From positions 64,001 to 128,000 of the forward strand of contig JAYTSD010000043.1 of NCBI GenBank assembly GCA_043745805.1: a DNA stretch of 64,000 nucleotides, in the 5' to 3' direction. Made by a program: the position numbers and the translations under genes. The stretch is from Fibrobacteria bacterium. Lineage in GTDB: Bacteria; Fibrobacterota; Fibrobacteria; UBA11236. Shown here piece after piece: positions 1 through 10,155 of this stretch (position 1 is the first letter of the stretch; each line of letters begins with the position of its first letter). A model generated the notes under the pieces. That model did no database searches. It saw only the letters and a program-made list of their open reading frames with translations, and was not told where the DNA came from.

Positions 1-5
1 AGGCC

Positions 6-1466
6 TTAAACGTTTCGCATGTCCTCTAGGGTTTTAACCATCCGGCGCAAAACCCTTTCTTTTCCTAAAGCCGCCATTAACTCGAAGAGTCCGGGACCAA
101 AGGATATTCCTGAAATGGCTAAGCGAGTGGGATGAATAAGGTCGCCACCTTTGAGACTTAGCTTCTCGGCAAGCTGGCGATAAATAGGTTCTAAGTCACC
201 CGAGTTAAAGGAATTTAAGGGCTTTATGTCTTGAATTAAATTCTCTAAAACCTTAATCCCAGTTTCATTGAAATACTTTTTCTTGGCTTTTTCTTCATAT
301 ACAGTAGGCTCTTGGAAAAAATATAACCCAAACTCCACAAAATCGGGAAGGCGCTTGGAGCGATCTTTAAGCAGGCGAATGGCTTCATGAAAATAAGCGT
401 CGCTAAATTGGCTAAAATCCACACCAGCTTTTTCATACAAGGGTTTAACCAAGGGCAGAAAATATTCCACACTACGTTGCAGGAAATATTGTCCATTCAA
501 CCATTCGAGTTTTTTTTCATCGAACATGGCGCTTTTGGGATTTACTTTTTCGAGCGTAAATCTTTGGATTAAAACATCCATTTCCATGAATTCTTGATCG
601 TTGCCTGGACTCCAGCCTAATAGCGAGAGAAAGTTCACCAGGGTTTCGGGTAAATAGCCGAGATCGCGATAATCTCCCACCGACGCCGCACCCTTACGCT
701 TACTGAGCTTGCCGCCGCCTTCAGCTAAAATAATGGGTAAATGCACAAAAATAGGAGGTTCCCAACCTAAGGCTTGATAAATAAGCACATGCCGTGGCGT
801 ACTGGGAATCCATTCATCTCCACGTAACACATGTGAAATTTCCATAAAATGATCATCGATGACATTCGCTAAATGATAGGTGGGGAAGCCATCGCTTTTG
901 AGCAAAACCATATCGTCGAGAACGCGGTTTTGATATTCAATTTTGCCACGAACCAAATCATTGAAGACAGTATTTCCGTTGAAAGGAGCTTTGAGTCGAA
1001 CGGTATATTTTTCACCGGCAGTAATACGTTCTTTGCCTACTTCAGGAGGGAGGTTTCTACAGCGTCTATCATAACTTGGAGGCAAACTATTGGCCTTTTG
1101 TTGTTCCCGCAATTCATCGAGGCGCTGGGTAGTGCAAAAACACGGATAGGCATGGCCGCCATCAATCATTTGCTGCGCATATTTTTGATAAAGTGGTAAG
1201 CGTTGCGATTGGAAATAAGGGGCATGCGGCCCACCAACTTCAGGGCCTTCATCCCATTGGAGGCCGAGCCATTTGAGATCGGCAATGAGTTCTATTAAGG
1301 CTTTTTCATCATAACGGGTTTGATCGGTATCTTCAATGCGCAGAAGGAAATCACCGCCCATATTTTTGGCGAATAAATAATTAAAAATGGCTGTGCGTGC
1401 GCCGCCAACATGCAGATAACCTGTGGGGCTTGGTGCAAACCTCACGCGAACTCTTTTTTGTGACAT
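6..1466 (-). CDS. gltX: glutamate--tRNA ligase
   Basis: RFAPSPTGYLHVGG (HIGH-like) and KLSKR (KMSKS-like) motifs; LRIEDTD; full length 486 aa. Confidence 0.97.
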   Translation of the reverse strand: MSQKRVRVRFAPSPTGYLHVGGARTAIFNYLFAKNMGGDFLLRIEDTDQTRYDEKALIELIADLKWLGLQWDEGPEVGGPHAPYFQSQRLPLYQKYAQQMIDGGHAYPCFCTTQRLDELREQQKANSLPPSYDRRCRNLPPEVGKERITAGEKYTVRLKAPFNGNTVFNDLVRGKIEYQNRVLDDMVLLKSDGFPTYHLANVIDDHFMEISHVLRGDEWIPSTPRHVLIYQALGWEPPIFVHLPIILAEGGGKLSKRKGAASVGDYRDLGYLPETLVNFLSLLGWSPGNDQEFMEMDVLIQRFTLEKVNPKSAMFDEKKLEWLNGQYFLQRSVEYFLPLVKPLYEKAGVDFSQFSDAYFHEAIRLLKDRSKRLPDFVEFGLYFFQEPTVYEEKAKKKYFNETGIKVLENLIQDIKPLNSFNSGDLEPIYRQLAEKLSLKGGDLIHPTRLAISGISFGPGLFELMAALGKERVLRRMVKTLEDMRNV

Positions 1467-1649
1467 AGGGAACCTTAAAGCTTTTGCAATGATTTTCTGG
1501 TTAAATGCGATGGGGATTTGCCGACGTAAATAACCAGATGTAATTAGGTGCGCAGGCCTTTTAGCTCTGCTGCGGCTGGAAATTTACATCCGTCTGGCGG
1601 AACTCGTCAATTGCGGTTTGCTGTGGATGGGCATTAGGTTTTGGTGGCT

Positions 1650-2621
1650 TTAAAGCGGAGGATTTTTCACAAATTTATATTCTGCAAAACGCTTGTCGCC
1701 TTGCTTTAATAAATAGCCCTCTTTTACACCCTTTGCTAAATCGCGACTCGCGGTTAAAGGGGCAAGGATTTTTAGTCCATGCAGGTATTGTTTACGAGTG
1801 AATAATTTTTTACCGAACCGTTGAAAGGCAATTTGCAAGCGATCGTTATTTTTAATTGGAATGCGTTTTGAGGAATGCTGAACAGCTAAAGCTTGATCAA
1901 TAATGCCTAACATAAATTCAATAAAGGATGTGGAATGCCCTTGTTTATCGGATTGAGATAAAGCGTGATAATATCGAATTTGATTTTCTTTGATCAAAGT
2001 TTCTAAAGGCAGATATTCAAAAATCGGATATTCCTGCATTAATAAAACGGTTTGCCAAAATCGCCCCATTCGTCCATTACCATCCATAAAAGGATGAATA
2101 AATTCCATTTCATAATGGAATACACAACTTTTAATTAATAATGGATCCTTATTGGTTTTAAGGTATGAAAACAGATTTTTCATTTGTGCGGGTACTAATT
2201 GACTAGGCGGTGCAAGATGAGAGACGGCGGAACCTTTTAAAATACCCACCGCCGATTTTCGAAATTGACCTAGGTTATGGATTAAGCCTGCCATAAGAAT
2301 TTCATGTGCGTGTAAAAATGCTTTTAAATCAAAGGGTTTGAATGTGTTCGCTTGCGAATAAAGACTAATAGCGTTTTGAACTTCGAGAATATCTTTTTTG
2401 GGACCCAATACGCGCTTACACTCAAATAGGGCTGTGACCTGATCGATGGATAGGGTATTGCCTTCAATTTGCAAGGACGCTTGAATGGTTTTAATGCGAT
2501 TCTTTTTGCGAAGTTCAGGATGCGTTTTGTTTAGCGTAGCCGTTTGGATTTCACCCAGCTTATGTGAAATGGACATGATTTGCTGTAAAATTTTTTGCGT
2601 AGCTTGATAAGGCGGCTTCAT
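1650..2621 (-). CDS. Fic family protein (class II, autoinhibited) with C-terminal HTH-like domain
   Basis: HPFMDGNGRMGR Fic motif; SLQIEGN inhibitory helix motif; C-terminal FTRKQY...TASRDLAKGV winged-helix-like segment. Confidence 0.92.
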   Translation of the reverse strand: MKPPYQATQKILQQIMSISHKLGEIQTATLNKTHPELRKKNRIKTIQASLQIEGNTLSIDQVTALFECKRVLGPKKDILEVQNAISLYSQANTFKPFDLKAFLHAHEILMAGLIHNLGQFRKSAVGILKGSAVSHLAPPSQLVPAQMKNLFSYLKTNKDPLLIKSCVFHYEMEFIHPFMDGNGRMGRFWQTVLLMQEYPIFEYLPLETLIKENQIRYYHALSQSDKQGHSTSFIEFMLGIIDQALAVQHSSKRIPIKNNDRLQIAFQRFGKKLFTRKQYLHGLKILAPLTASRDLAKGVKEGYLLKQGDKRFAEYKFVKNPPL

Positions 2622-2642
2622 ACAACAAGATTAATGTTTTTA

Positions 2643-2670
2643 TTTGATAATATCAATTGATATTATCAAA
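2643..2670. promoter_or_regulatory. perfect 28-bp palindrome upstream of fic, candidate autoregulatory operator
   Basis: TTTGATAATATCAATTGATATTATCAAA is its own reverse complement and holds two TGATAnTATCA units; 21 bp upstream of the fic ATG. Confidence 0.7.
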
Positions 2671-2693
2671 ATTTTGATTTTAGAGTTGGGGAT

Positions 2694-4462
2694 TTAATGC
2701 GAAACAGTGAATGTTTGAGTGAAGCTTTTATTGTCGGCTTTTAGTTCAAGAATGTATTGGCCTAGCGGGAGTTTGTTTATTGCGAGGCTACCTTCGTTTC
2801 CGTGTAAGGTTATGGTGCGGTTTAGAATTGCCTTTTGGCCGGACGGTGTGTAAATGTTGGCTTGTATGGGTTTGTTTTGTGACGTTGTAGGGATGGAAAA
2901 GGAAAGTGTGTTATGGGTAACATGTAGGGAAAAGTTGGTTTTTGGGGTTTGATGGGGAGTGATGGAGAGAGGATCTTGTGGGGAAGTAATGATTGTGCCA
3001 TCATTTCCAACTGCTACGAATTGCGTACCGGTCCAAGCTATGGATGATATTCCACCAACACTTAAACTCCTAATTGTCCAGCTGATACCATCGGGTGAGG
3101 TAAGAATCTTATTACTACTCTGAGCTACGATTAGATTTCCAGTCCAAATAATAGAATTCAGAAGTGCTGTTGTTCCTGAAATTCTTTTAGTCCAATTTAT
3201 TCCATTAGGCGAAGTGAGAATTGTATCCGCATTGGTAGTTGCTACGATTTGTGACCCAGTCCAAGAAACTCTGAGGAGATCAAAGGATTTTTTTGAATTT
3301 CGAATAGTCCAACTCAGTCCATCTGGGGAAGTAAGAATTGTTCCGAATATTCCTACGGCTACGAATTGATTCCCTGTCCATGTCACGGAAAGAAGTCCAA
3401 AATCCGCTCCTGAATTATTATTAGTCCAATTGACACCGTCTAATGAAGTTAGAATCGTGCCTACACCTACAATTACATACTTGGTACCTGTCCAAACTAT
3501 GGAGTTTAATTTTCCATTTAGTTTCACTGGATTTGGTTTCCTAATTATGCCATCAGATGAGCTATTGATCGACCATTTCACATTACTATTTTCGAGATCT
3601 GCACCCAATGCAATCAAATTGGTTCCATTCCAAATTATTGAGCTTAAATAGGGGCCCGTTAAAGCATTTTTTCTATTAGTCCAAGTAATTCCGTCAGGTG
3701 AAGTAATGATTTTATTTGAATCACCCACTGCTACAAATTGGGTGCCGGTCCACGTTACTGACGAAATACCTTTTGTTGCTTCCGAACTTCTATTGCTCCA
3801 AAGAAGGCCGTCGGGAGATGTAAAGATTGAATTATTACCAATTGCTAAAAGTTGGTTTCCATTCCAGGTTATAAAGAATAGAACCTCTAGTAATCCCGAA
3901 TTCCGCTTTTTCCAGGTAATGCCGTTTACTGAGGTGAGAATTGTATCACGACTCACGGCGACAAATTCTTTTCCTGTCCAAGTTATTGAAGATATTTCAT
4001 CAGCTAAACTGGAAGACCTCTTTGTCCAAGTGACGCCGTCATTAGAAGTAAGTATGGCGCCATTTGTAGTCTCATTAACTGCATCAATACCAACGACAAC
4101 AAGCAAATTAGCTGAAGATGTGACAGAGAAAAGGTTACAAATTAGTCCGGAAATTCTTGGTGTCCAATTAATACCGTTTGGAGAGGTTAGAATTACTCCA
4201 TTCCTTCCAACGGCTACTAATTGATTTCCCGTCCAAGTAACGCTAAATATCCAAGTTGCCACGCCAGATTTTCTATTTGTCCAAGAAGCCCACCGAACAG
4301 AGGTAACTCACAGGTTATGTCAAAGACATAATTTGATTTAATTTGTATTGATGACCAATTGAACGTCTTTTTCGAATTCAAAACAAAAACAAGACCTTAA
4401 ATGGATTTGCCAACGGATAATCCGATTAAGCACAAAATTAAATTCGAAAATCTTTGAAGCAC
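2694..4462 (-). pseudogene. BNR/YVTN-like beta-propeller repeat protein with T9SS-type C-terminal domain; 5' end disrupted (remaining ORF 2694..4262)
   Basis: About 11 repeats of ILTSPDGxxWTxRxSG...SVTWTGxQFVAVG; CTD-like end (IYTPSGQ...LPLGQYILEL); ORF starts mid-repeat; upstream GTG at 4462 gives signal-peptide-like VLQRFSNLILCLIGLSVGKSI then TAA at 4397-4399, with a frame change before the ORF. Confidence 0.6.
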
Positions 4463-4507
4463 GAAAATGATTATGAGGGCGTCATTAGCAAAAGAATTTT
4501 TCCGGTC

Positions 4508-4594
4508 AGGAGAGAGGGGGATTCGAACCCCCGGTACCTTTAACAGCACAACGATTTAGCAAACCGTCGCCTTAAACCGCTCGGCCATCTCTCC
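4508..4594 (-). tRNA. tRNA-Ser(GCT)
   Basis: Minus strand reads GGAGAGATGGCCGAGCGGTTTAAGGCGACGGTTTGCTAAATCGT...GGGGGTTCGAATCCCCCTCTCTCCT; long variable arm; no encoded CCA. Confidence 0.95.
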
Positions 4595-4791
4595 CGACCT
4601 GGGAAAAGCTCCACATTTCTGCGGAACAAGAGTGTGCAAGTATAGTTAAACCCTTTTTCTCCTTAAAGGTGAAAGCTTTACGATTTTTGCAAAAGTCCCA
4701 GAATAGCCACCTAGGTTAGGCTTCCTCTTTTGTACTTTTGTAGGCATTTGAATCTTTTATTTCCATTTTCTTTGAAAGGGTATTTTCCAGA

Positions 4792-7700
4792 GTGAAGATC
4801 CGTAATTTTTTCTTTGTCTTGACCTTGGCTTTATTAGGGTTTGCTGTGGTAGCTGCGGGTGGGGGATTTTTCGCCTTTAAATATTTATCCTCTGAGGATA
4901 GCAGCGACGCTAAAATTTTTACCAAGGAAGGTATAATGCAAATACTTTCCATGGAAAGTACAGTCTACTATGCTGATGGCAAAACTAAATTAGGCACTTT
5001 TTTTGAAGGCTCGCATCGCGATTATGTGCCTTTTGATTCTATTCCTCCTCGCATTCCCGAAGCTTTGGTGGCGGCGGAAGATCATAACTTTTTTCAACAT
5101 GGTGGCGTGGACTATAAAGCCATTGCCTATGCGATGCTCGATAATGTTAAATCGGGAAGCTTGCATCGCGGCGGAAGTACGCTAACCCAACAAACCGCAA
5201 AGATTTTATTTAATCGCAAAGGACGTACCATTGGGGGCAAATTTAAAGAGCTATTTAATGCTTTTAAATTGGAAAAACATTTTACCAAAAAAGAAATTTT
5301 AGAATTTTATTTGAATCAATTTTATGTGAGTGGCAATGGTCATGGTGTGCGCATTGCGGCGCGGTATTTTTTCAATAAAGAATTAGCCGATCTTAATTTA
5401 TTGGAATGTGCTTTTATTGCGGGATCGGTTAAAGGACCCAATCAATACAATCCTTTTATTCAAGAGACACCGGCGAAGAAGCAAAAGGCCTTAGAGAAGG
5501 CGCAGTATCGTGTAGCTTATGTTTTGAAACAATTAGCGAAAGATAAAAAAATTACTGCTGCGGAATATGCTGCGGCTTCAAAACAAAAATTGGAATTTAA
5601 AAAAGGTAGTTTTCAATTTTCGCTTTCTACGAATATGGTGCAAGTAAAGCATATTTTGGAAACACCTCGATTACAGAAAATTTTAGAGCAAAATGATGTG
5701 CAAGATTATATGTCGGATGGACTACAAATCTTTTCGACTTTAGATGCCGATTTACAAAAAGCTGCAGAGTACGCCACTAATCATAACTTATCGCGTTTAG
5801 AAATTTTATTAAAAGGATATATTCCACCCAAAGAAAAAGTTCCCAATTTGGTGAGTCGTTTTCAAGCTGGCAATTTTTATATAGGTCGCGTAAACTCCAT
5901 TCGCTATGACAAAAAAACACCGACGAGTTTAGAATTAGAGTTCGGTTCATCGAAAGGAATTATTGGTTCCGAAGCTTTAAATGAGTTTTTGCAAAATTGG
6001 AATATGCATGAACAAGGCTCTGCGGCTTTGCCCACTGCCGCCGTTCGAGCGGATATAATCAAAAAATTATTTTCTCCTGGAAGTCTGGTGTATTGTTCGG
6101 TTCCTTATCAATATTTTAAGGGTGACATTCCGGATACCCTGCAAAATAGTTTACGTATCGAAATGAAGCCGGTTATACAAGGTGGCTTACAAGTTTTGCA
6201 AGAAGGTAAGGTATTGGCGAATGTAGGTGGATTTGAAAATACCGGTTATGATAGAGTGAATCAAGCGAAGCGACAATTTGGTTCTGCATTCAAGCCCTTA
6301 GTTTTTGCAGCGGCTTTGGAACAAGGTTGGAGTCCCTTGGATGCTCTGGCAAACTTTCGTCAGCTCTTTCGTATTGGCAGCTTATTTTATTTCCCTAAAC
6401 CCGACCATGCTCCCGAAGACACCGTGAGTATGGCTTGGGCGGGACGACGTTCAGAAAATTTAGCGAGCATTTATTTATTAGCGCATCTTTTTGATAAATC
6501 CAAATTTGCGGGTTTTTGGGAAACCGCACGCAAGGTAGGTGGGTCGCCAGAAAATTTTTCCATGCAAAATGAGTTTGAAATTTTTGTGCGTGACTCTTTA
6601 GGATTAATTTTGGATGAAGAACATTTGCGTGAAATCGCTTACCAAAAAGAAATCGGTGACATTGCTATTGATTTAACTTTTGAAGGAAAAGTGGGGGAAG
6701 CCGAAGCGTTACGTAATTTGCCTTATGGCTGGGGCTTTAACCATGAAGCCGAAAAGTATGCCAGTTCCGAAGATAAAGAAGCTCGTCTGCGTTACCGTAT
6801 CCTGAGTAAAAATTATTCGAATTATTTACGCAAAGCGCATGCTTGGGTGAATCGTGACTCTTCACATTATAAACCTATTATTGCGCGGCAAGTTGCCTCT
6901 TCAAATATTGGCTTCTTTGAAAAAACACCGGATTCGAATTGGACGCTTGCTAATACCTCGGAAGCATGGTTGCAAAGTGATTCTTTGCTTGTGGAAGGGC
7001 AAGTGAGTTTAGCCACTTTAAAAAAAGTGGAAGCTAAGGTGCGTGCTAAGATTCAGAATAATGATGGCAGTCCTTATACTAAAGAAAATCTTTTCGCCTC
7101 TTCCGATTTCCGCGCTTTGTTAGCGCTTCGGTATGTGGTTTATTTTAGTCATCAATTGGGAATTGCTTCGCGCCTCGATCCGGTGATCTCTTTTCCATTA
7201 GGCACTAATGTCATTAATTTAGCCGAGGCCGTGAATGCCTATCAGGCTTTAAAGGATGGCTATGTGTACAAAAGTAAAACCGGCGAAAATCAAATGTTCA
7301 TTCAAAAAATTTGTTTGCGCGATGGCACCGTGATTTGGGAAGACGAATTGCAAAGAGATAAAGTGATTAGTGATAAAACTCGCTACGGTTTGGAAGCAAT
7401 TTTGGGTAGTGTTGTAAAAGGAGGCACCGGCCAACAAATTTATAAGGAGTTAAAAGTTTTTGGGGGAGGTAAAAATGGAGCAGGAAATTTAGAACTTTCT
7501 ATTCCAGCCTATGGCAAAACAGGAACGACTAATGATTATAAGAATGGAGCCTTTTTGGGCTTTGTAGCGGCGCCGCGAGGCCCGGGTAAAGGCTTTGATA
7601 GTCAAGCGGGATTTTCGATTGGAACTTATGTGGGATTTGATGACAATAGAGTAATGCTACATAAAGGTTTTAAAGGTACCGGTGCCGGTGTGGCTATTCC

Positions 7701-7995
7701 CGCATGGTTGGCGACTGCGAAGGCTTTAGTACAGGTTCAAGATTTTGCTTCGCGTATTGATTTCTTGGATTTAGAGGCGCAAGCGACGGGTGCCGCGCCT
7801 TTATTTCAAATGGAAAAATATTCCAAGTATACGGTGAGTAAGCGTACCGGATTGCCTTTATTGAATAAGGACGAAAACTTTTTGAAATCCACCTTGGGAA
7901 ATTATACCGAAGATATTTCCGATGAAATTTCGGGTAATGAAAATATGACGGGTGATGTGATTCCTTATACACAATTATTAATGAGAGAAGAGTAA
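4792..7995 (+). CDS. class A penicillin-binding protein (PBP1A-like, transglycosylase plus transpeptidase)
   Basis: N-terminal TM; EDHNFFQHGG and GGSTLTQQ GT51 motifs; SAFK (SxxK), SEN (SxN) and KTGT motifs. Confidence 0.92.
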   Translation: MKIRNFFFVLTLALLGFAVVAAGGGFFAFKYLSSEDSSDAKIFTKEGIMQILSMESTVYYADGKTKLGTFFEGSHRDYVPFDSIPPRIPEALVAAEDHNFFQHGGVDYKAIAYAMLDNVKSGSLHRGGSTLTQQTAKILFNRKGRTIGGKFKELFNAFKLEKHFTKKEILEFYLNQFYVSGNGHGVRIAARYFFNKELADLNLLECAFIAGSVKGPNQYNPFIQETPAKKQKALEKAQYRVAYVLKQLAKDKKITAAEYAAASKQKLEFKKGSFQFSLSTNMVQVKHILETPRLQKILEQNDVQDYMSDGLQIFSTLDADLQKAAEYATNHNLSRLEILLKGYIPPKEKVPNLVSRFQAGNFYIGRVNSIRYDKKTPTSLELEFGSSKGIIGSEALNEFLQNWNMHEQGSAALPTAAVRADIIKKLFSPGSLVYCSVPYQYFKGDIPDTLQNSLRIEMKPVIQGGLQVLQEGKVLANVGGFENTGYDRVNQAKRQFGSAFKPLVFAAALEQGWSPLDALANFRQLFRIGSLFYFPKPDHAPEDTVSMAWAGRRSENLASIYLLAHLFDKSKFAGFWETARKVGGSPENFSMQNEFEIFVRDSLGLILDEEHLREIAYQKEIGDIAIDLTFEGKVGEAEALRNLPYGWGFNHEAEKYASSEDKEARLRYRILSKNYSNYLRKAHAWVNRDSSHYKPIIARQVASSNIGFFEKTPDSNWTLANTSEAWLQSDSLLVEGQVSLATLKKVEAKVRAKIQNNDGSPYTKENLFASSDFRALLALRYVVYFSHQLGIASRLDPVISFPLGTNVINLAEAVNAYQALKDGYVYKSKTGENQMFIQKICLRDGTVIWEDELQRDKVISDKTRYGLEAILGSVVKGGTGQQIYKELKVFGGGKNGAGNLELSIPAYGKTGTTNDYKNGAFLGFVAAPRGPGKGFDSQAGFSIGTYVGFDDNRVMLHKGFKGTGAGVAIPAWLATAKALVQVQDFASRIDFLDLEAQATGAAPLFQMEKYSKYTVSKRTGLPLLNKDENFLKSTLGNYTEDISDEISGNENMTGDVIPYTQLLMREE

Positions 7996-9174
7996 ATGAT
8001 GTTCTTCCAGCGATTTCAATTCGAGAAAATTTTATTTTTAAGCGTTGTTGCTTTTTCGATGTTTTTTATTTCCAATTGCGCGACCTCTTCCAGTAAACCA
8101 GCGGCTAAAGGAAAGGCGATTGTGAAAGTACAATCGCATGCCGATGAATTGACTGAGTTAAAGCCCACTCTGCAAACTTATGAAGACAGCTTATTATTGG
8201 ATTTAATGCTAGGCTATCGTCAATTAATCATGCTAGGACAAAACGATAAGGTCGCTGATGCGGCGGCTTTAAAACGCAGTCATCAAGCTTATGATTGCTT
8301 AGAAAAAATTTTACGTCATGGAGGTCTGTCATCCCAAGATAATGGCGAAAGAGTATTTACCGTAAGCAATGAAGAGAAACTTTCTTTTCAGCAAGTGATT
8401 CAAACAGCGAATGAGGCTGCGCAAAAGGCGGCTGTGAATGGGGATTGGGAAACGGCGAAGCAACGATGGTTAGAAATTGTACAAGGTAAATCGGCTGTGC
8501 AAATGGGTCTTGAGGAAGCTACTTGGGGTTTGGCTTTATCCGAAGCCTTAGCCTCTAATTTGAACGAGGGTACAAAAAAGAAATTGAAGGATTTAAATGA
8601 AAGTTATTTTCATGCTGCGCCCTATGATGAAATTAGTCAGCAAGTCATTGCTTTATTAAATGAAGTAGAATCCGACAAGTTACGTAGGGAATTAAAAAAA
8701 GTAGCGAGTCGCGCTTTTGATCGGGATAAAAAAATGGGAAAAAATTCTCCGGTTAATAGTCCGAGCAATAATGGAGCTTCGCCTTCGCTGGAAAATAAAT
8801 CTCCAGAAGCCAATGGGCTCAAGCCGGATCGAGAATCTTTAATACACCAAACGGATTCATTAATGGCAGCGGGAAAATATATTTTAGCCCTAAAAGCATT
8901 AGATCAATTAGATAGCAAGAAAGATCCTGCAGTATATCAAGAAAAGAAAATTCAAATAGGCGAACATTTTTGTGAAGAAAAACGTCATGATGCTGCGGCA
9001 TCATTTAGTAATTATAAAAAATCGGCCAATGAAGATTTAAAATCAAAATATTTAAAAGCAGCCGCTCAGCATTTAGATAGCTGCCTATTCTCTTTCGGCG
9101 ATTTAACTGTAAGTCAAAAAGTGCGTAAAAATCGCGAAATGGTGGAAGCCGAAATACGAAAATTAGGCAAATGA
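7996..9174 (+). CDS. hypothetical helical lipoprotein
   Basis: Lipobox-like FFISNC after a hydrophobic stretch; abuts the PBP stop codon and overlaps the nadC start. Confidence 0.75.
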   Translation: MMFFQRFQFEKILFLSVVAFSMFFISNCATSSSKPAAKGKAIVKVQSHADELTELKPTLQTYEDSLLLDLMLGYRQLIMLGQNDKVADAAALKRSHQAYDCLEKILRHGGLSSQDNGERVFTVSNEEKLSFQQVIQTANEAAQKAAVNGDWETAKQRWLEIVQGKSAVQMGLEEATWGLALSEALASNLNEGTKKKLKDLNESYFHAAPYDEISQQVIALLNEVESDKLRRELKKVASRAFDRDKKMGKNSPVNSPSNNGASPSLENKSPEANGLKPDRESLIHQTDSLMAAGKYILALKALDQLDSKKDPAVYQEKKIQIGEHFCEEKRHDAAASFSNYKKSANEDLKSKYLKAAAQHLDSCLFSFGDLTVSQKVRKNREMVEAEIRKLGK

Positions 9175-10049
9175 ATTCACTTAAATTTCCTGAACTCGCT
9201 TTACAAAAATTATTGCCCTTGGCTTTTGCCGAAGATGTCGGTAACGGGGATGTGACGAGTTTAGCCACTATTCCTGAGGGTTCGCTTTCGGAAGCAACCC
9301 TGGTGGCCAAGGCCCATGGCATAATTGCGGGTTTGCCATGCATAGAAATGATATTTCGCAATCGTGGATTTTTGCCTAATTTGGAATCACTAATTACCGA
9401 AGGCCAAGCGGTTAAACCCGGAGATAAATTAATGCAGCTCTCCGGTAAAACTCGCGAGCTTTTGGTTTGCGAACGGATTTTACTGAATATACTTCAAAGA
9501 CTTTCAGGTATCGCCACGGTTACCCATCAATTTACGCAAGCCCTTAGTCAATCACAAAGCCAGTCAAATGGTCATTCAAAAACAAAAATTTTAGATACAC
9601 GCAAAACTTTGCCTGGTTATCGCGAATTGGATAAATATGCTGTGCGTATCGGGGGTGGTCAAAATCATCGCCAAGGGTTATTCGATCAAATATTAATTAA
9701 GGATAATCATATTCTTGCTTGTGGAACGGTGCGTGCCGCCGTAGATAAAGCCGTGGCAAGTTATGGAAAACAATTTGTGATTGAAGCGGAAGTGAATAGC
9801 TTAGAGCAATTGCAAACCTTATTAGGTAGTGCAGTGGATATCGTGATGCTCGATAATATGTCCGATACGGAAATGGAAAAAGCTATTGCTTGGGTGCATG
9901 CTTATGCGCCAAATATACTTTTGGAAGCGAGCGGAAATATGCATTTATCGAGAGTGCAAGGCCTGGCGAATATAGGCTTAGATTTTATTTCAGTGGGAGC
10001 CTTAACCCATAGTGTACAAGCACTCGATATTTCTCTGGAGTTTGCGTAA
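9171..10049 (+). CDS. nadC: nicotinate-nucleotide diphosphorylase (carboxylating)
   Basis: EDVGNGDVTS, DTRKTLPG, HRQGLFDQILIKDNH, MLDN, ISVGALTHS. Confidence 0.96.
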   Translation: MNSLKFPELALQKLLPLAFAEDVGNGDVTSLATIPEGSLSEATLVAKAHGIIAGLPCIEMIFRNRGFLPNLESLITEGQAVKPGDKLMQLSGKTRELLVCERILLNILQRLSGIATVTHQFTQALSQSQSQSNGHSKTKILDTRKTLPGYRELDKYAVRIGGGQNHRQGLFDQILIKDNHILACGTVRAAVDKAVASYGKQFVIEAEVNSLEQLQTLLGSAVDIVMLDNMSDTEMEKAIAWVHAYAPNILLEASGNMHLSRVQGLANIGLDFISVGALTHSVQALDISLEFA

Positions 10050-10155
10050 TGTCGCTCACAATTATACTTTTCTCCAGTCAAAATTTGAGGCTATATTGCA
10101 GGGTAAAGTAAAATCGTTAAAGGGTAAAATTTTAGGCCAAAACCAGGCTTCATCC

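Noticed and set aside
3430..4224. Antisense ORFs over the propeller gene (and similar short antisense ORFs across the window)
   Set aside because: Shadows of repetitive or biased coding sequence, with no independent motifs
1467..4507. Integrative element at tRNA-Ser
   Set aside because: No integrase and no duplicated tRNA 3' end (att) found near gltX
10012..10155. N-terminal extension of CoaX
   Set aside because: Overlaps nadC; family similarity starts at [10 protein letters not shown], so TTG at 10156 is the likelier start
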